From a virus (Duplodnaviria; Heunggongvirae; Uroviricota; Caudoviricetes), in IMG/VR virus record IMGVR_UViG_3300047202_000060: a stretch of 64,000 nt of DNA; one strand, 5' to 3'. Below, piece by piece: positions 45,838 to 54,877 of the stretch (within the stretch, counting starts at the first letter, position 1; each line of letters opens with the position of its first letter). The notes below the pieces were generated by a model. It saw only the letters and a list, made by a program, of their open reading frames with translations. It made no database searches and was not told the DNA's origin. Position numbers and translations under genes: made by a program.

Positions 45838-46387
45838 CAGCTATAATTTCGCCGCAACATATTTCACCATATTGAATAAGTTTATCGGTTACAGTCTGCA
45901 TCAATTCCTTGTATTCTTCTGGTGTAAATATCATTGAAAGATTAAGTGCTGTTCCAGTTATATGTACTGGAATATCCTTTTCATTAAAAAGAATCTTCGT
46001 TCTCTCTTGCCATTTTCTCCACCACCATTGAACCCATACATGAATAAATTCGGCTATTTCTTTAGTACCTTGTAAGTCTTCATGTAATCCATATAAACGA
46101 TTTGTAATTAATATAGAAAGAACATCTTCCAAATCACGAACTTCTGCAAAAGAGTGTTCTCCCTGATGGATTTTTAATTCTTGATTTTCGGATTCATCTA
46201 ATTTTTGGTGATTTCTCTCAAGATAACCTATATAATTTCGAAAATCTTGAATGCAAATTTCATAAACTTTGCGATCTTCGCCATTAAGACTTAATGATGG
46301 ACAAATCTTATCCAACTCGTTAAAAATCAAAGTATTAATCCAGAAGGTCATATCTGGGCTAAGAGTCATTAATACCGCCTCTTCCAA
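45641..46387 (-). CDS. hypothetical protein
   Basis: 248 aa with normal composition; antisense ORF 45605..45937 judged spurious. Confidence 0.5.
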   Translation of the reverse strand: MEEAVLMTLSPDMTFWINTLIFNELDKICPSLSLNGEDRKVYEICIQDFRNYIGYLERNHQKLDESENQELKIHQGEHSFAEVRDLEDVLSILITNRLYGLHEDLQGTKEIAEFIHVWVQWWWRKWQERTKILFNEKDIPVHITGTALNLSMIFTPEEYKELMQTVTDKLIQYGEICCGEIIADGLLKKDIQTNQKTEWSVQDKIQFIPRVQREAREMSFTHGPLVFIKPKKGYGLREWRDDGANKIV

Positions 46388-46662
46388 AAAGTTCTTTCTA
46401 ATCTATCTCTTTGGGTAGAATCGAATGTAGAATTATTTTTAGGTTGCAAAAGAATACTTGGGTCTGCATATCCAAAAATATTATCAAATTTATCAGAAAT
46501 CAGTTTTCCCTCAAGTTTATTTATAGCACTATGAATTGTCTCATGAGTAATACCCATTATAATCAAGTCTTCAATCCATTTATTAACATCACCAATATAG
46601 ATTGTCTCTCTACTATCTGTCAACATTATCCAACCATTATTCAAAAATTGAATATCATTCAT
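46369..46662 (-). CDS. mini HExxH metalloprotease-like protein
   Basis: IMGITHETIHSAINKLEG. Confidence 0.45.
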   Translation of the reverse strand: MNDIQFLNNGWIMLTDSRETIYIGDVNKWIEDLIIMGITHETIHSAINKLEGKLISDKFDNIFGYADPSILLQPKNNSTFDSTQRDRLERTFWKRRY

Positions 46663-46920
46663 TTAGACATCTCCTATTATTTTACCTAGTCTTTTACGAA
46701 CTTCCTTTGAGATATGAATTGTGCAACCATTAAGATTCTCTTCTACTTGCCCGTCTTTGTAATAGTATCGAATAACAGACCAATCAGTTACTTCAATACC
46801 ATTCCCATCTGGTTTAATTTCATAACGCTTTAATGAACCAACTTTTCCAATACCATGACTTTTTAGAAACTTGTTTGCCTCTTTAACTGTTTCGTTTGAT
46901 TCAATATTCATTTCATTCAT
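46663..46920 (-). CDS. hypothetical protein
   Basis: 85-aa ORF. Confidence 0.4.
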   Translation of the reverse strand: MNEMNIESNETVKEANKFLKSHGIGKVGSLKRYEIKPDGNGIEVTDWSVIRYYYKDGQVEENLNGCTIHISKEVRKRLGKIIGDV

Positions 46921-47173
46921 TTTTCCTCATCAACCATTTTCTTACTTTTTCAGATTCTTTATTTCTTATAGATTCAAGACGTTTATCAAACTGTTCATCA
47001 TTATCCCACCAATCGTCAGTAAACCTTCGACAAAATACACAGTAATGTTCAAAGTAATATGGATACATCAATTTATATATTCCTATTTTAGAATATACTT
47101 TACTGAGCGAGAAACTCCCTATTCTCCCATGATGGTCAACAGAAGATAGAAAAACCAATATTGGATTTCTCAT
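46913..47173 (-). CDS. hypothetical protein
   Basis: 86-aa ORF. Confidence 0.4.
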   Translation of the reverse strand: MRNPILVFLSSVDHHGRIGSFSLSKVYSKIGIYKLMYPYYFEHYCVFCRRFTDDWWDNDEQFDKRLESIRNKESEKVRKWLMRKNE

Positions 47174-47676
47174 TACTCAACATCTCCATTCTCTTGTATT
47201 TTTATATCCTCGTATTCAGCTACTCTCTTTCTCCAATATCTTTTCTCAGTTATAAAGAATATCTTGAGGTCTTTTCTACCCAAACTCCATCCGCGCCGCT
47301 CAAATTCTGCTTCCATAAGTGAAAGTAAACCATAAAGTCGTTCGTAACTGGAATAACTTCTCGGCATCTCAAACATCTTCGTCAATACTTCTCGAACAAA
47401 AGAAGATACTTCCTTATCAAGTGGATTCCATATCTTTGTTTTATGTTCATCTGGCGTATGATATGTTCGATGAGTATGTTTCAACATCCACGTACATATG
47501 AAGTTTATATCGCCGTCCCGTTTGAGAGGATTTTCTTTTCCTCTAATCTTTAGCCACGAAAAAAGCATATCCATAAGAACAGAATTTTCATCTGGACTTC
47601 TCCAAGCTGGGTATCCCCTTATTTCGCGTAAAAGCGCGTCATACAAAGGACGTTGATTTCTGTCAATATAGGGCAT
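47173..47676 (-). CDS. hypothetical protein
   Basis: 167 aa; GGTGG SD inside preceding 45-aa leader ORF. Confidence 0.5.
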   Translation of the reverse strand: MPYIDRNQRPLYDALLREIRGYPAWRSPDENSVLMDMLFSWLKIRGKENPLKRDGDINFICTWMLKHTHRTYHTPDEHKTKIWNPLDKEVSSFVREVLTKMFEMPRSYSSYERLYGLLSLMEAEFERRGWSLGRKDLKIFFITEKRYWRKRVAEYEDIKIQENGDVE

Positions 47677-47840
47677 TTAAACCACCCAAACTCCATCTCT
47701 ATATATTCGAATTTGCCTTGCGTAATTAATTCCTAGAAAACTCTTCCATAAAAGCATCACAGTTACATTACCAACGAAATGAGTTTCGGAATGTTTCTTT
47801 GTTAGAGTCATATTTTTAATCACTTATTACTATATTAGTT

Positions 47841-47877
47841 GTCCTATTTAAAGTTTGCGATAGAAAGAACGTGTTCA
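47841..47877 (-). promoter_or_regulatory. class I element copy
   Basis: gtcctatttaaagtttgcgatagaaagaacgtgttca. Confidence 0.4.
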
Positions 47878-47898
47878 ATTTTCAGGCGAAAAAAGTAA

Positions 47899-47914
47899 TT
47901 AATCAACTGATTAA
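47899..47914. repeat. 16-bp palindrome TTAATCAACTGATTAA
   Basis: inverted repeat copy. Confidence 0.6.
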
Positions 47915-47978
47915 AATTCTGATTTCTATGACCTTTCTCACGAGTTCACCATGCTTTCTCCATGCGTTATAATAATAG

Positions 47979-48272
47979 TCATAGAATAAATTCGGTTCGC
48001 TTTGCTCTCTCTTGCTTGTGATATTTTCTATGGCACTTTTTATGAGCCAACACTTTATACTCTGGAACATAAGTAACATGATGAATTTCTACTTTGTCTT
48101 TGCCATGTAAAGGAAAATCTTTGGCTCTAAAAGGTTCCCTACAAAAGTAACAATGAGTACCGTCAACATTAAGCATAAGTTGAATAATTTCTATCATTCG
48201 CTCTTTGAAAAGGAAAGTACGATATGCTTTGTTCAGTCTCTTCTTTCTCGATTTTGTTTTCCTCAACAGCAT
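47979..48272 (-). CDS. HNH endonuclease, short form
   Basis: CYFCREPF...IHHVTYVPEY..HKKCHRKYH. Confidence 0.5.
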   Translation of the reverse strand: MLLRKTKSRKKRLNKAYRTFLFKERMIEIIQLMLNVDGTHCYFCREPFRAKDFPLHGKDKVEIHHVTYVPEYKVLAHKKCHRKYHKQERAKRTEFIL

Positions 48273-48907
48273 TCTTCCAATATCTTAAATGCGTATCTAA
48301 TTGGAAGTGAAAGAGTTATATCTGCTGGCAAACTTCGATATTCGAATCCATGCACTTTAATCTCGAATTCTCCCAAGTTTCTTCCCGCTAAGAAAATTAT
48401 TCTCTCAAAACGCTTATCCATAGCCTTGACAATTTTTACTATTGAAAGCTGAACTCTTTTGCCATCTATAGTATAACGACTAAAGTGAATGTGTAATCCA
48501 GCAGTACCATAACCCGAATCCAATCCAGTAGCGTGACTTCCACTTGTTCCTTCATAGATATTCGCCGTCAAGTCTAAAAGAGTATTATAGTGATATTTTA
48601 TCGATAGTCGGTTTATGAATTTTTCGTCAACGATTCGTTTATGAAGATTCTCAAAATGCATATTCAATTTATATGCTTTCTCTTCCAACTCTATAAAGCG
48701 AGTTTGAAAATCTTTCAAAAGAGCTTCGGGAGTTGTTTGTGGTTCTGTCCTAATTTCCACAAGAAAGCCAAACTCGTCGTAGGGAAATCCGTAAAGGGCT
48801 GGCTCAACTACTTCATCGGTACGATTATCAATTAGCCAGTATTCTCGTTCTATTCCTATCTTATCAATATATTTATTCAATTTCTTCTTCTTTATTTGGT
48901 TCTTCAT
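48263..48907 (-). CDS. hypothetical protein (possible ligase or esterase fold, unassigned)
   Basis: GTAGLHIHFS; no confident family. Confidence 0.4.
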   Translation of the reverse strand: MKNQIKKKKLNKYIDKIGIEREYWLIDNRTDEVVEPALYGFPYDEFGFLVEIRTEPQTTPEALLKDFQTRFIELEEKAYKLNMHFENLHKRIVDEKFINRLSIKYHYNTLLDLTANIYEGTSGSHATGLDSGYGTAGLHIHFSRYTIDGKRVQLSIVKIVKAMDKRFERIIFLAGRNLGEFEIKVHGFEYRSLPADITLSLPIRYAFKILEECC

Positions 48908-49199
48908 CTTCTTTTACTCCTCTATATTTATATTCGGTTTCTACTGGATTATCTCCAAGTCGTACTTTGTCTGAAAGAATATCTTCCATAGTTAATTTCG
49001 GACTATCGCCAACTTCCCAATCCTTCTCTGCAATTTTGTCCCAGCATACTCTACAGATTCCAACTTTCTCTTTAGGAAGTTGAACAAATATAACGCAAAC
49101 TTCATCAGGAGTTTTACATCGTTTGTGAATCTTGAGTTTCTGAACGTCACACATATTTAGTTCCCCTGATTTTTCTTCTCTCTCCACGGCATAGGACAA
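48873..49199 (-). CDS. hypothetical acidic protein
   Basis: 108-aa ORF. Confidence 0.4.
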   Translation of the reverse strand: MSYAVEREEKSGELNMCDVQKLKIHKRCKTPDEVCVIFVQLPKEKVGICRVCWDKIAEKDWEVGDSPKLTMEDILSDKVRLGDNPVETEYKYRGVKEDEEPNKEEEIE

Positions 49200-49414
49200 T
49201 TAGGATTTCGACAATATAACCATTGTTTTAATTCTTCGTTTGGTGCATCGTTCCATTCTGATAATTCTTGACCACATTCAGGACATTTAGGATTTTTCTG
49301 CAACATCTTTTTTCTCCGTCCATTCTCTGCAACTTCCCCACCATCTATGAGTACACTTTTCATTCCCACAAGTTGCACAGCAATTATATGGTCTAAAGCG
49401 AATTGAACGATCAT
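49157..49414 (-). CDS. Zn-ribbon protein
   Basis: CPECGQE...CRNPNCP. Confidence 0.45.
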   Translation of the reverse strand: MIVQFALDHIIAVQLVGMKSVLIDGGEVAENGRRKKMLQKNPKCPECGQELSEWNDAPNEELKQWLYCRNPNCPMPWREKKNQGN

Positions 49415-49538
49415 TCATTCTGGTCCCTTTCCTATATATTCAACAGGATATATTGCCCATCCTGTCCATTCTTTAGCAACACGTTTCACCCATTCCTCAT
49501 AATCCTTATCACGCTGTTTAGCCAATTCATCAGATTGT

Positions 49539-49796
49539 CTATTCATTTTCTACTACCTTCTTTGGTCGCCCACGCTTTGTCTTTAGTTCAGCCCCCATCA
49601 TCTTTGGGTATTGTTTGATATAGCATTTCATATTAAACATTGCCAAACAGACACGGAAAGTACATCCACATTTAGGACATTCAAGCAAACCCTGTGGACC
49701 TTTATTGTCTTTCTTTAATACCAATTCCGTATTTATGCAATGAGGACACTTTATAGTTACTGGCATTAAATATCCTCTCCCATTGCGTCTTCCCAA
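49539..49796 (-). CDS. Zn-ribbon protein
   Basis: CPHCINT...CPKCGC. Confidence 0.45.
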   Translation of the reverse strand: MGRRNGRGYLMPVTIKCPHCINTELVLKKDNKGPQGLLECPKCGCTFRVCLAMFNMKCYIKQYPKMMGAELKTKRGRPKKVVENE

Positions 49797-49917
49797 GCAT
49801 TGTATCTCTCTTCTAAGAATTCCTGAATATATTCAGATACTTTCTTATATTCTTCATTAGATAGCTTTTTCCTCAATATGGTGTCTATCTCAGTATCTAT
49901 TTCTGTATCTGGTGACA

Positions 49918-50166
49918 TTACTCTTCAACCTCTATTTCTTTGGTACTAAGTTTAATGTATTTGCTAAATGCTTCATGTATATCTCTGATTGCGTCTTGCA
50001 TTATCCACAGATTGTAGGAATCGGCTAATCTCTTTGCCGCCCATCTTCTCAAACTCTCATAATCTCGTATTACCTTTGTCTTATTATAGCAACTAGAACA
50101 TCTACCATTTTGAAGTACCTCTTTGTAATGAAGTTCACATCCGCAATGTGGACATTTATCTGCCAT
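49918..50166 (-). CDS. Zn-ribbon protein
   Basis: CPHCGCE...CSSCYNK. Confidence 0.45.
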   Translation of the reverse strand: MADKCPHCGCELHYKEVLQNGRCSSCYNKTKVIRDYESLRRWAAKRLADSYNLWIMQDAIRDIHEAFSKYIKLSTKEIEVEE

Positions 50167-50186
50167 CTTTATAACCTCTGTAACTA

Positions 50187-50480
50187 TTATACAACCGTCC
50201 TATTAGCGGCAACATCGACTACTTTTCGACCCCATTGAAGTCTATTCCACAAACGTTCGTTTAAATAACCTAATCCAAAACAGAAACCTTCAATTAATAC
50301 GGCTATCCCCAATGAATTTAAAGTATTCTGGATTATTCCTACATTTGGAGCTATTTGGCTAAGGATAGAATCGAAAACTATCAAATCGAAAGATACTTCC
50401 AGTACCTTAGCCGTAACTCCCTTTAGTAAAGTTCGCTTGTGGGTTTCGCAGACCTTATGTTCGTGTTGGCATTCGGACAT
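50187..50480 (-). CDS. hypothetical protein
   Basis: 97-aa ORF. Confidence 0.4.
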   Translation of the reverse strand: MSECQHEHKVCETHKRTLLKGVTAKVLEVSFDLIVFDSILSQIAPNVGIIQNTLNSLGIAVLIEGFCFGLGYLNERLWNRLQWGRKVVDVAANRTVV

Positions 50481-50832
50481 TCTGTTGCCTCTTTTTCCAT
50501 GCTTTAAATGGTCGTTTACTAGCTACGTCTTTCATTATTTCTGAATCCGTTTTTGGTTTAACTTTGCATATTATAACTTCTCCAACTTTGAACCTTTGCC
50601 AATAATGCTCTGGGCATACGTAGAACTTGCCGTAACCTTGTCGGCGGTCAGGTCTATAATCTCGTCTGCAACGCATACATTTACGAAGACCTTTCTTTTT
50701 CTCGGTCAAGATGTAAACCTTTGAATCTCCACTCTTACAGAATGGACATGGTGTTAATCCCAAGTCAGTCAAGTGGCTTTTAAGTCGCAACATATGATGA
50801 CAATTAGGTTCTGGACATGGTGGACATCCCAT
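50455..50832 (-). CDS. multi-Zn-finger protein
   Basis: CPPCPEPNCHH...CPFCKSGD...CMRCRRDY. Confidence 0.45.
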   Translation of the reverse strand: MGCPPCPEPNCHHMLRLKSHLTDLGLTPCPFCKSGDSKVYILTEKKKGLRKCMRCRRDYRPDRRQGYGKFYVCPEHYWQRFKVGEVIICKVKPKTDSEIMKDVASKRPFKAWKKRQQNVRMPTRT

Positions 50833-51004
50833 ATCTATTCACTCCTCTTTGCTTTTTTTGCTGTTTCAGTATCGCACTTAAAGTAGCATTGAATAACAGT
50901 TTCGTCAACGAACTTCTTAATTTCATCTTCTATTGCCCATCTTTCAGGTTGATTTGCTTGTATTCTTTTAGCTATTCGTTCTGCTAGTTTGTCCCACATA
51001 GTTA

Positions 51005-51274
51005 TCACTTTGTTGCTCTATTAGCGGCTGTTAAAGTACCATGTTGTTTGCCATTCCCGTTTTTGACTGTGCAATAAAGACATTCCTCAATAACAAATAA
51101 CTTCCCGTCAATATGTTGTGTGTACTTCATACGTTTATGCCGTCCACAAGTAAGACATGGTTCTTCTGCATCGACTATAATGATTCGTCCACCCATATCC
51201 CTAATTTTCTGTTTTTCGTTTTCGGTTATGTTTTCAAGAGGAATTCGCATACAACTTCTGATTTGTTTAATCAT
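51005..51274 (-). CDS. Zn-ribbon protein
   Basis: CLTCGRH...CLYCTVKN. Confidence 0.45.
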   Translation of the reverse strand: MIKQIRSCMRIPLENITENEKQKIRDMGGRIIIVDAEEPCLTCGRHKRMKYTQHIDGKLFVIEECLYCTVKNGNGKQHGTLTAANRATK

Positions 51275-51370
51275 TTTTCTTCCTCTTTTCTGAATTTATA
51301 TATTTTATACGCAAGATACGTTGGAAATCCAAGTAACATTCCAAATGTCCAAATTACCATAATTATCATT

Positions 51371-51616
51371 TCAATCACCAAGTCTTAGAAGTTCTTCTTT
51401 TGGTTCCTCAGTTTTTTTCTTTGATTGTGCAACCTTCATTGAAATGAAATAGAGCACTTGTCTTCCAATTTCATGTCTTTCACGTTCAGGCAAATTATCC
51501 CAATCATGAAGAACATCTTTAGGAATCCAAATAGATACAAGAACATTTTCGCTTGGAGTTGGGTCTTCAAGTGGCTTTAAAAGCCCAAATCCAACATATT
51601 CTTTTTCATGTGTCAT
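51371..51616 (-). CDS. hypothetical protein
   Basis: ATG 34 nt downstream of TATATAAA box. Confidence 0.45.
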   Translation of the reverse strand: MTHEKEYVGFGLLKPLEDPTPSENVLVSIWIPKDVLHDWDNLPERERHEIGRQVLYFISMKVAQSKKKTEEPKEELLRLGD

Positions 51617-51646
51617 TTTTTCTACCTTGAATATAACTATTCATTC

Positions 51647-51683
51647 GTCCTATATAAACTTTGTGTAAGAAACTCCATACTCA
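51647..51683 (-). promoter_or_regulatory. class I element, near-consensus
   Basis: cgtcctatataaactttgtgtaagaaactccatactca. Confidence 0.45.
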
Positions 51684-51684
51684 A

Positions 51685-52110
51685 CTACCATCTAGGTTTA
51701 TTTCGCTTTGTTGATGGTTCGAGACAAGTATTATTATTTGCTCCCCACAAGGAAATAAAATGAGTCACGTAAGTTCTCTCATAATCTTTGAAATGCACAT
51801 CTTTAAGCCAATCAATATGCATCCTTCTAAAAACCCGAATAATAGAAACTTCTGTAAATTCATGAACATAAGTTCCCAAATCCTGAGCATGTTGCGGTGA
51901 AATTTCTATTTTTTCAATTGGATAATACACTCCCTCTTCCGATGGATAAACAGGTCTAAAATGTTCATTACATTTATGACTTGAACGACAATGAAGACAT
52001 CTTTCCCATTTATATTCGTGACATTCATGAATACAGGAAAATTGAAATCCCCATATATCATACTTATTTTGTTGGTTATTCAACCAATATTCCCTCGGAC
52101 CGTAATGCAT
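51685..52110 (-). CDS. Cys/His-rich hypothetical protein
   Basis: CIHECHEYKWERCLHC. Confidence 0.45.
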   Translation of the reverse strand: MHYGPREYWLNNQQNKYDIWGFQFSCIHECHEYKWERCLHCRSSHKCNEHFRPVYPSEEGVYYPIEKIEISPQHAQDLGTYVHEFTEVSIIRVFRRMHIDWLKDVHFKDYERTYVTHFISLWGANNNTCLEPSTKRNKPRW

Positions 52111-52174
52111 CTATAACATCTTTTCTACAATATGGAAGAAAAACACGATGATAATAAAACGCCCAATCAAACAT

Positions 52175-52954
52175 TTATGATACCGTCCTCTCTGTTTGTA
52201 AATAAATTAAACTCATTTGAATAGACTCATCTGGAAGTTGTTGGTTGTTTAACCATTCAAATGCTTTGTTATTCATTTTTTTCATACCTCTACCCGTTTT
52301 AAGACAATGATATTGGTTATGTAATTCTTTTGGAATAAAAACAACGTGAGATTTATCAATATGATGCCTTACTGCCCCAATAAATGAAATATTAAGAGGA
52401 ATATAGCCTAATCCACGTCTTCTATGTCTTTCTCTTGCTTGTATTTCCGCAAATCGTTCTGGATTGTTAATTATCCATTCCTTATGTTTCTCTCTTATCT
52501 GAGAACGATGTTTCTTTGCCCATTTACTATTTCTTTTTAAAATCATATTTCTTGATAGAGGATTTTTATGATAACGAGTTTTTTCTCGTTCTCTAAATTG
52601 CGGCATATGTTCCCTATTCCATTTTAACGCCTTCTCAATTTGTTCTTCTCTATGATTGTTATAATATTCTTTACGTTGTTTCTTATGAGTTTGATAATAC
52701 TCTCTTTGCCGTAAGTTTATTTGTTTTCTAATTTCTGGATTTCTTCGGCGTTCTCGATGTGCTTCTACATCTCGTTTTTTATTTTCTGAACGGCTACGAT
52801 ATTCTTTATAATATTGTCTATATTCAGGAGATTTCCGTTTTATTCTAGCAATTTCTTTATCTCGTGCTCTGATTTGTTCAAGATGGGTTTGACGATATTT
52901 TCTACAAGAATCTCGATTATGCTCTTTTCTTTCCTCCTCTGATAAAAACATCAT
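52175..52954 (-). CDS. HNH endonuclease family B with very long basic repeat N-terminus
   Basis: GLGYIPLNISF..RHHIDKSHVVFIPKELHNQYHC..AFEWL; repeats REYYQTHKKQRKEYYNNHREE. Confidence 0.6.
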   Translation of the reverse strand: MMFLSEEERKEHNRDSCRKYRQTHLEQIRARDKEIARIKRKSPEYRQYYKEYRSRSENKKRDVEAHRERRRNPEIRKQINLRQREYYQTHKKQRKEYYNNHREEQIEKALKWNREHMPQFREREKTRYHKNPLSRNMILKRNSKWAKKHRSQIREKHKEWIINNPERFAEIQARERHRRRGLGYIPLNISFIGAVRHHIDKSHVVFIPKELHNQYHCLKTGRGMKKMNNKAFEWLNNQQLPDESIQMSLIYLQTERTVS

Positions 52955-53481
52955 TTTATCTCCTTATGTGGGCAAACGCCATAAAACCCTTTAGCAAGAT
53001 TACAATTATGACACAAAACTTGGTATCCTTCGGGATAACCATTTCGCTTGAGCCAAAGATAAAAATCTGTTCCTTTAACCGTCTGTTTTCTATGCTTATT
53101 TCCACCACCATTAATGTGGTCAATTGACAAGAACTTTATCTCGGTTTCGCCACAGCAGATACACTTAGAAACGCCATTGCTATAATGAGTTAACACTTCT
53201 AATCTAATTTTTTGCCTGTTTTTTTGGCAAGTAATTCTTCGTTGTTCTTTATGAGTTTTAGCCCATTCATTATTTTTTCTGCATATTGCTCCCTTATGTT
53301 TCTGATAATATTCTCTTTTTTTCCTACAATATTCTTCACGGTGTTTTATCCACTTCTCTTTTTGTCGTTCCCTGATTTCTTCCCTATGGTTTTCATAATA
53401 CTCTTTTCCCTTTTGATTATAATACTCTTTATGAGACCGTTGATATTTATGTTGGGCTTGATATTTCTCAGGTTCTTCCAA
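52951..53481 (-). CDS. HNH endonuclease with basic repeat N-terminus, coupled (ATGA) to downstream HNH-B gene
   Basis: CICCGETE..IDHINGGGN..VLCHNCNLAKG; repeats KEYYNQKGKEYYENHREE. Confidence 0.6.
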   Translation of the reverse strand: MEEPEKYQAQHKYQRSHKEYYNQKGKEYYENHREEIRERQKEKWIKHREEYCRKKREYYQKHKGAICRKNNEWAKTHKEQRRITCQKNRQKIRLEVLTHYSNGVSKCICCGETEIKFLSIDHINGGGNKHRKQTVKGTDFYLWLKRNGYPEGYQVLCHNCNLAKGFYGVCPHKEIK

Positions 53482-53513
53482 CTCATTTCACCATATTATA
53501 TAATAGTAGTTCT

Positions 53514-53538
53514 AGTATATAAATGTTATGGTTTGGTC
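53514..53538 (-). promoter_or_regulatory. class II promoter element
   Basis: agtatataaatgttatggtttggtc, box 34 nt upstream of 53481. Confidence 0.4.
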
Positions 53539-53544
53539 ATTTTA

Positions 53545-53877
53545 TCACTCAACAAGTACACCGTTCTTTGCCAACTCTTTGATTACATCTTCTCGCGTTT
53601 GAGGTAACACGATTTGCTTGTAATACCATATCCAATCTATCAAAACGTGAAACTTTGCCACTTCAATCAATCGCTGTCGGCGCAATTCATCTGGATAATC
53701 TTTACTATTAAAATGCGCCATAATTGCTTGAACATAATGACGGTTGACCCAATGTGTTCGTCCGTTAGTTCCATTAAATGACCCATCTATCCACTTATGA
53801 ACTTCGTCAAAGTAATTATGTCCAAAAAGTTCTATATCTATTTCACCATGAATTTGGGGTGCTGGCATATCTTTCAC
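53545..53877 (-). CDS. hypothetical protein
   Basis: 110-aa ORF. Confidence 0.45.
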   Translation of the reverse strand: MKDMPAPQIHGEIDIELFGHNYFDEVHKWIDGSFNGTNGRTHWVNRHYVQAIMAHFNSKDYPDELRRQRLIEVAKFHVLIDWIWYYKQIVLPQTREDVIKELAKNGVLVE

Positions 53878-53939
53878 TAAGGGATAATATAGACTAAAAG
53901 CAGTATTTAAAGCTTGCGGAAAAAGATAGGGTGGTAGTT

Positions 53940-54824
53940 TTAACTTTGATGATAACTACCTTTTGGTGAAGGAAACGACATCTTACGTTCCTCTTCTTCC
54001 ATCTTCTGTTTACGTTGTTCCTCACATTTCTTGCTATCAGTTGTCTTGTCAAAAATGAACTGGAAAAAGTTCTCGTCCAAGAATTGGTAGATACTATCAA
54101 TCGGTATGAAAAATCCCATCCAAGTGATTATATCTACACCGAAACCAAGTTGCACACTTGCTACTCTAGCGGTATTTCCTATATACTCATAGGAGTCCGA
54201 CAGAAAAACTGGTCCACCAGAATTGCCGAATATGACGTTAGCAGAAGTCATCCAGTATTCTTTTGCATCTATTTGGTCGCCTTTAGACGATAAGTTTCCA
54301 AACGTGAAGAACGGATTGTGTGCCATCGAGCAACCACAACTTATCATTGAAGTTCCGATTTTTATGTCATCTCCCTTGTCCTTCGGATAGAGTTTCGCAA
54401 TATACTCTACTTTTTCAGAACATTTTACTTTAAGTAGAGCAACATCAAGTGGTTTGTCATAAGCAACTATTTCGGCATCCAAAGTTGTACCACCTACACA
54501 TCGGCTCAACTTCTCATACTTGAAAAGTTCTACACGCACAAGTTCGTTAGCTTCAACTGTGATGTCTTTCTTTGCAATGCTAGACCATTTCTTGACGAAT
54601 TTGATTGCGTCTTCAACAACGTGGTGGCAAGTCACAATGTAAGACTCATATTCTTTGTCTTCATCTGATTTGTCGAGAGTATCTGGGGTTACACTAGAGT
54701 AAATAACAACACCAGTTCCAGCGGCATGTTCCGTCAAAACTCTAACAATAGGATAAAGGATATGCTTATGGATTTCTTTCAGTTTTTCAGCAGATATATC
54801 CATCATAATCACCAATAGATACAT
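53940..54824 (-). CDS. trypsin-like (S1/HtrA-like) serine protease
   Basis: catalytic His context TCHHVV; Ser motif GNSGGPVF; 294 aa. Confidence 0.6.
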   Translation of the reverse strand: MYLLVIMMDISAEKLKEIHKHILYPIVRVLTEHAAGTGVVIYSSVTPDTLDKSDEDKEYESYIVTCHHVVEDAIKFVKKWSSIAKKDITVEANELVRVELFKYEKLSRCVGGTTLDAEIVAYDKPLDVALLKVKCSEKVEYIAKLYPKDKGDDIKIGTSMISCGCSMAHNPFFTFGNLSSKGDQIDAKEYWMTSANVIFGNSGGPVFLSDSYEYIGNTARVASVQLGFGVDIITWMGFFIPIDSIYQFLDENFFQFIFDKTTDSKKCEEQRKQKMEEEERKMSFPSPKGSYHQS

Positions 54825-54855
54825 TAGACAGTTCTGGTATATAAAGGTTATGGTT

Positions 54856-54877
54856 TTATTTATCCAAAGCTTTGCCC
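54856..54877 (-). promoter_or_regulatory. class II promoter element
   Basis: ggtatataaaggttatggtttt, box 33 nt upstream of 54824. Confidence 0.4.

Noticed and set aside
488-51683. Reading the class I element as a bacterial sigma-70 or phage single-subunit RNAP promoter
   Set aside because: No -35/-10 pair with proper spacing. No RNAP gene in the window. The TATA box position relative to start codons fits the archaeal model better. Not fully excluded.
4410-53607. Plus-strand ORFs of 60-215 aa lying antisense inside minus-strand genes (4410..4799, 23094..23741, 27137..27631, 53212..53607 and many more)
   Set aside because: Phe/Leu/Ser-rich low-complexity translations typical of the antisense of Lys/Glu-rich genes. 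They have no SD, cassette or promoter context. Judged spurious.
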